Assembly (NCBI GenBank): GCA_017620915.1
Contig: JAFZSK010000014.1
Span: 2,712-66,711 of the forward strand
Direction: 5' to 3'
Source of the DNA: Clostridia bacterium
GTDB taxonomy: Bacteria; Bacillota; Clostridia; UBA1212; UBA1255
Length of the DNA stretch: 64,000 bases
Shown: one piece after another, positions 63,719 through 64,000 of the stretch
How positions within the stretch are numbered: the first letter of the stretch is position 1
How the letters are laid out: each line of letters starts with the position of its first letter
The notes under the pieces: generated by a model
The model's input: only the letters and a program-made list of their open reading frames with translations
What the model was told of the DNA's origin: nothing
Databases searched by the model: none
Translations under genes and position numbers: made by a program

Positions 63719-64000
63719 ATGGACACGGGGAGCAGGATCGCCGCACTGCGCGGGCAGGCGGGATTGACGCAGGAACAGCTGGCAGAGCGGCTGTTCGTAT
63801 CGCGCGAACTGATATCGAAGTGGGAGCACGGCGTGCGCCGTCCGGATCATCGCGAGGCGGCGGAACTCGCGCGCGTGCTGGGCGTCGGCATCTCCGAGAT
63901 CATTGACGAGACCGAACTTATAAAAGAAGAACTTGCCGAATGTATCCCGGAAGATTCCGGACCCGACGGGCAGGATATTGCCGGCATGCTGAATCTGTTT
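63719..64000 (+). CDS. XRE-family (Cro/C1-type HTH) transcriptional regulator, 3'-truncated by the window end
   Basis: IAALRGQAGLTQEQLAERLFVSRELISKWEHGVRRPD HTH_3 motif. GGAGG RBS. Confidence 0.7.
   Translation, partial: MDTGSRIAALRGQAGLTQEQLAERLFVSRELISKWEHGVRRPDHREAAELARVLGVGISEIIDETELIKEELAECIPEDSGPDGQDIAGMLNLF

Overview
This is a high-GC (about 60%) Firmicutes/Clostridia-like chromosomal segment with AT-rich promoter islands. It contains about 50 supportable genes.

- 1-6573, minus strand: an IclR-controlled catabolic operon with iol-like enzymes, a split transketolase and an RpiB-like isomerase.
- asnA, and a DtxR/MntR-type regulator placed beside a feoA-feoA-feoB operon with four palindromic operators.
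- Several secreted or cell-surface carbohydrate-active proteins: GH3, GH2, DUF4091/GH123-like, beta-helix and GH109-like Gfo/Idh/MocA proteins.
- gatB and murD.
- 42252-51955: a cluster of three large paralogous surface proteins with (S/P)PxTG or LPxTG anchors.
- 52410-63597: a ten-gene, tightly overlapping ldh / hdrBCA-mvhD / Flx- and Asr-like / frdBA-like / AAE-transporter operon. This is the best candidate for an undescribed flavin-based electron-bifurcating fumarate reductase-like system.

The non-coding landscape is unusual. There are at least five families of tandem palindromic intergenic repeats in promoter regions. A MITE-like 540-bp element is bounded by roughly 50-bp inverted repeats. 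Recurring low-complexity AAGTTGCA/GCAAATGG tracts sit at gene junctions. A roughly 32-bp palindromic element (TTTTGAACA-GGGGACAGACCCC-GTGTTCAAAA) is inserted in-frame in three genes (GH3 twice, gatB, murD). One lipoprotein gene carries an apparent single-nucleotide frameshift.

No rRNA, tRNA or CRISPR genes were seen.
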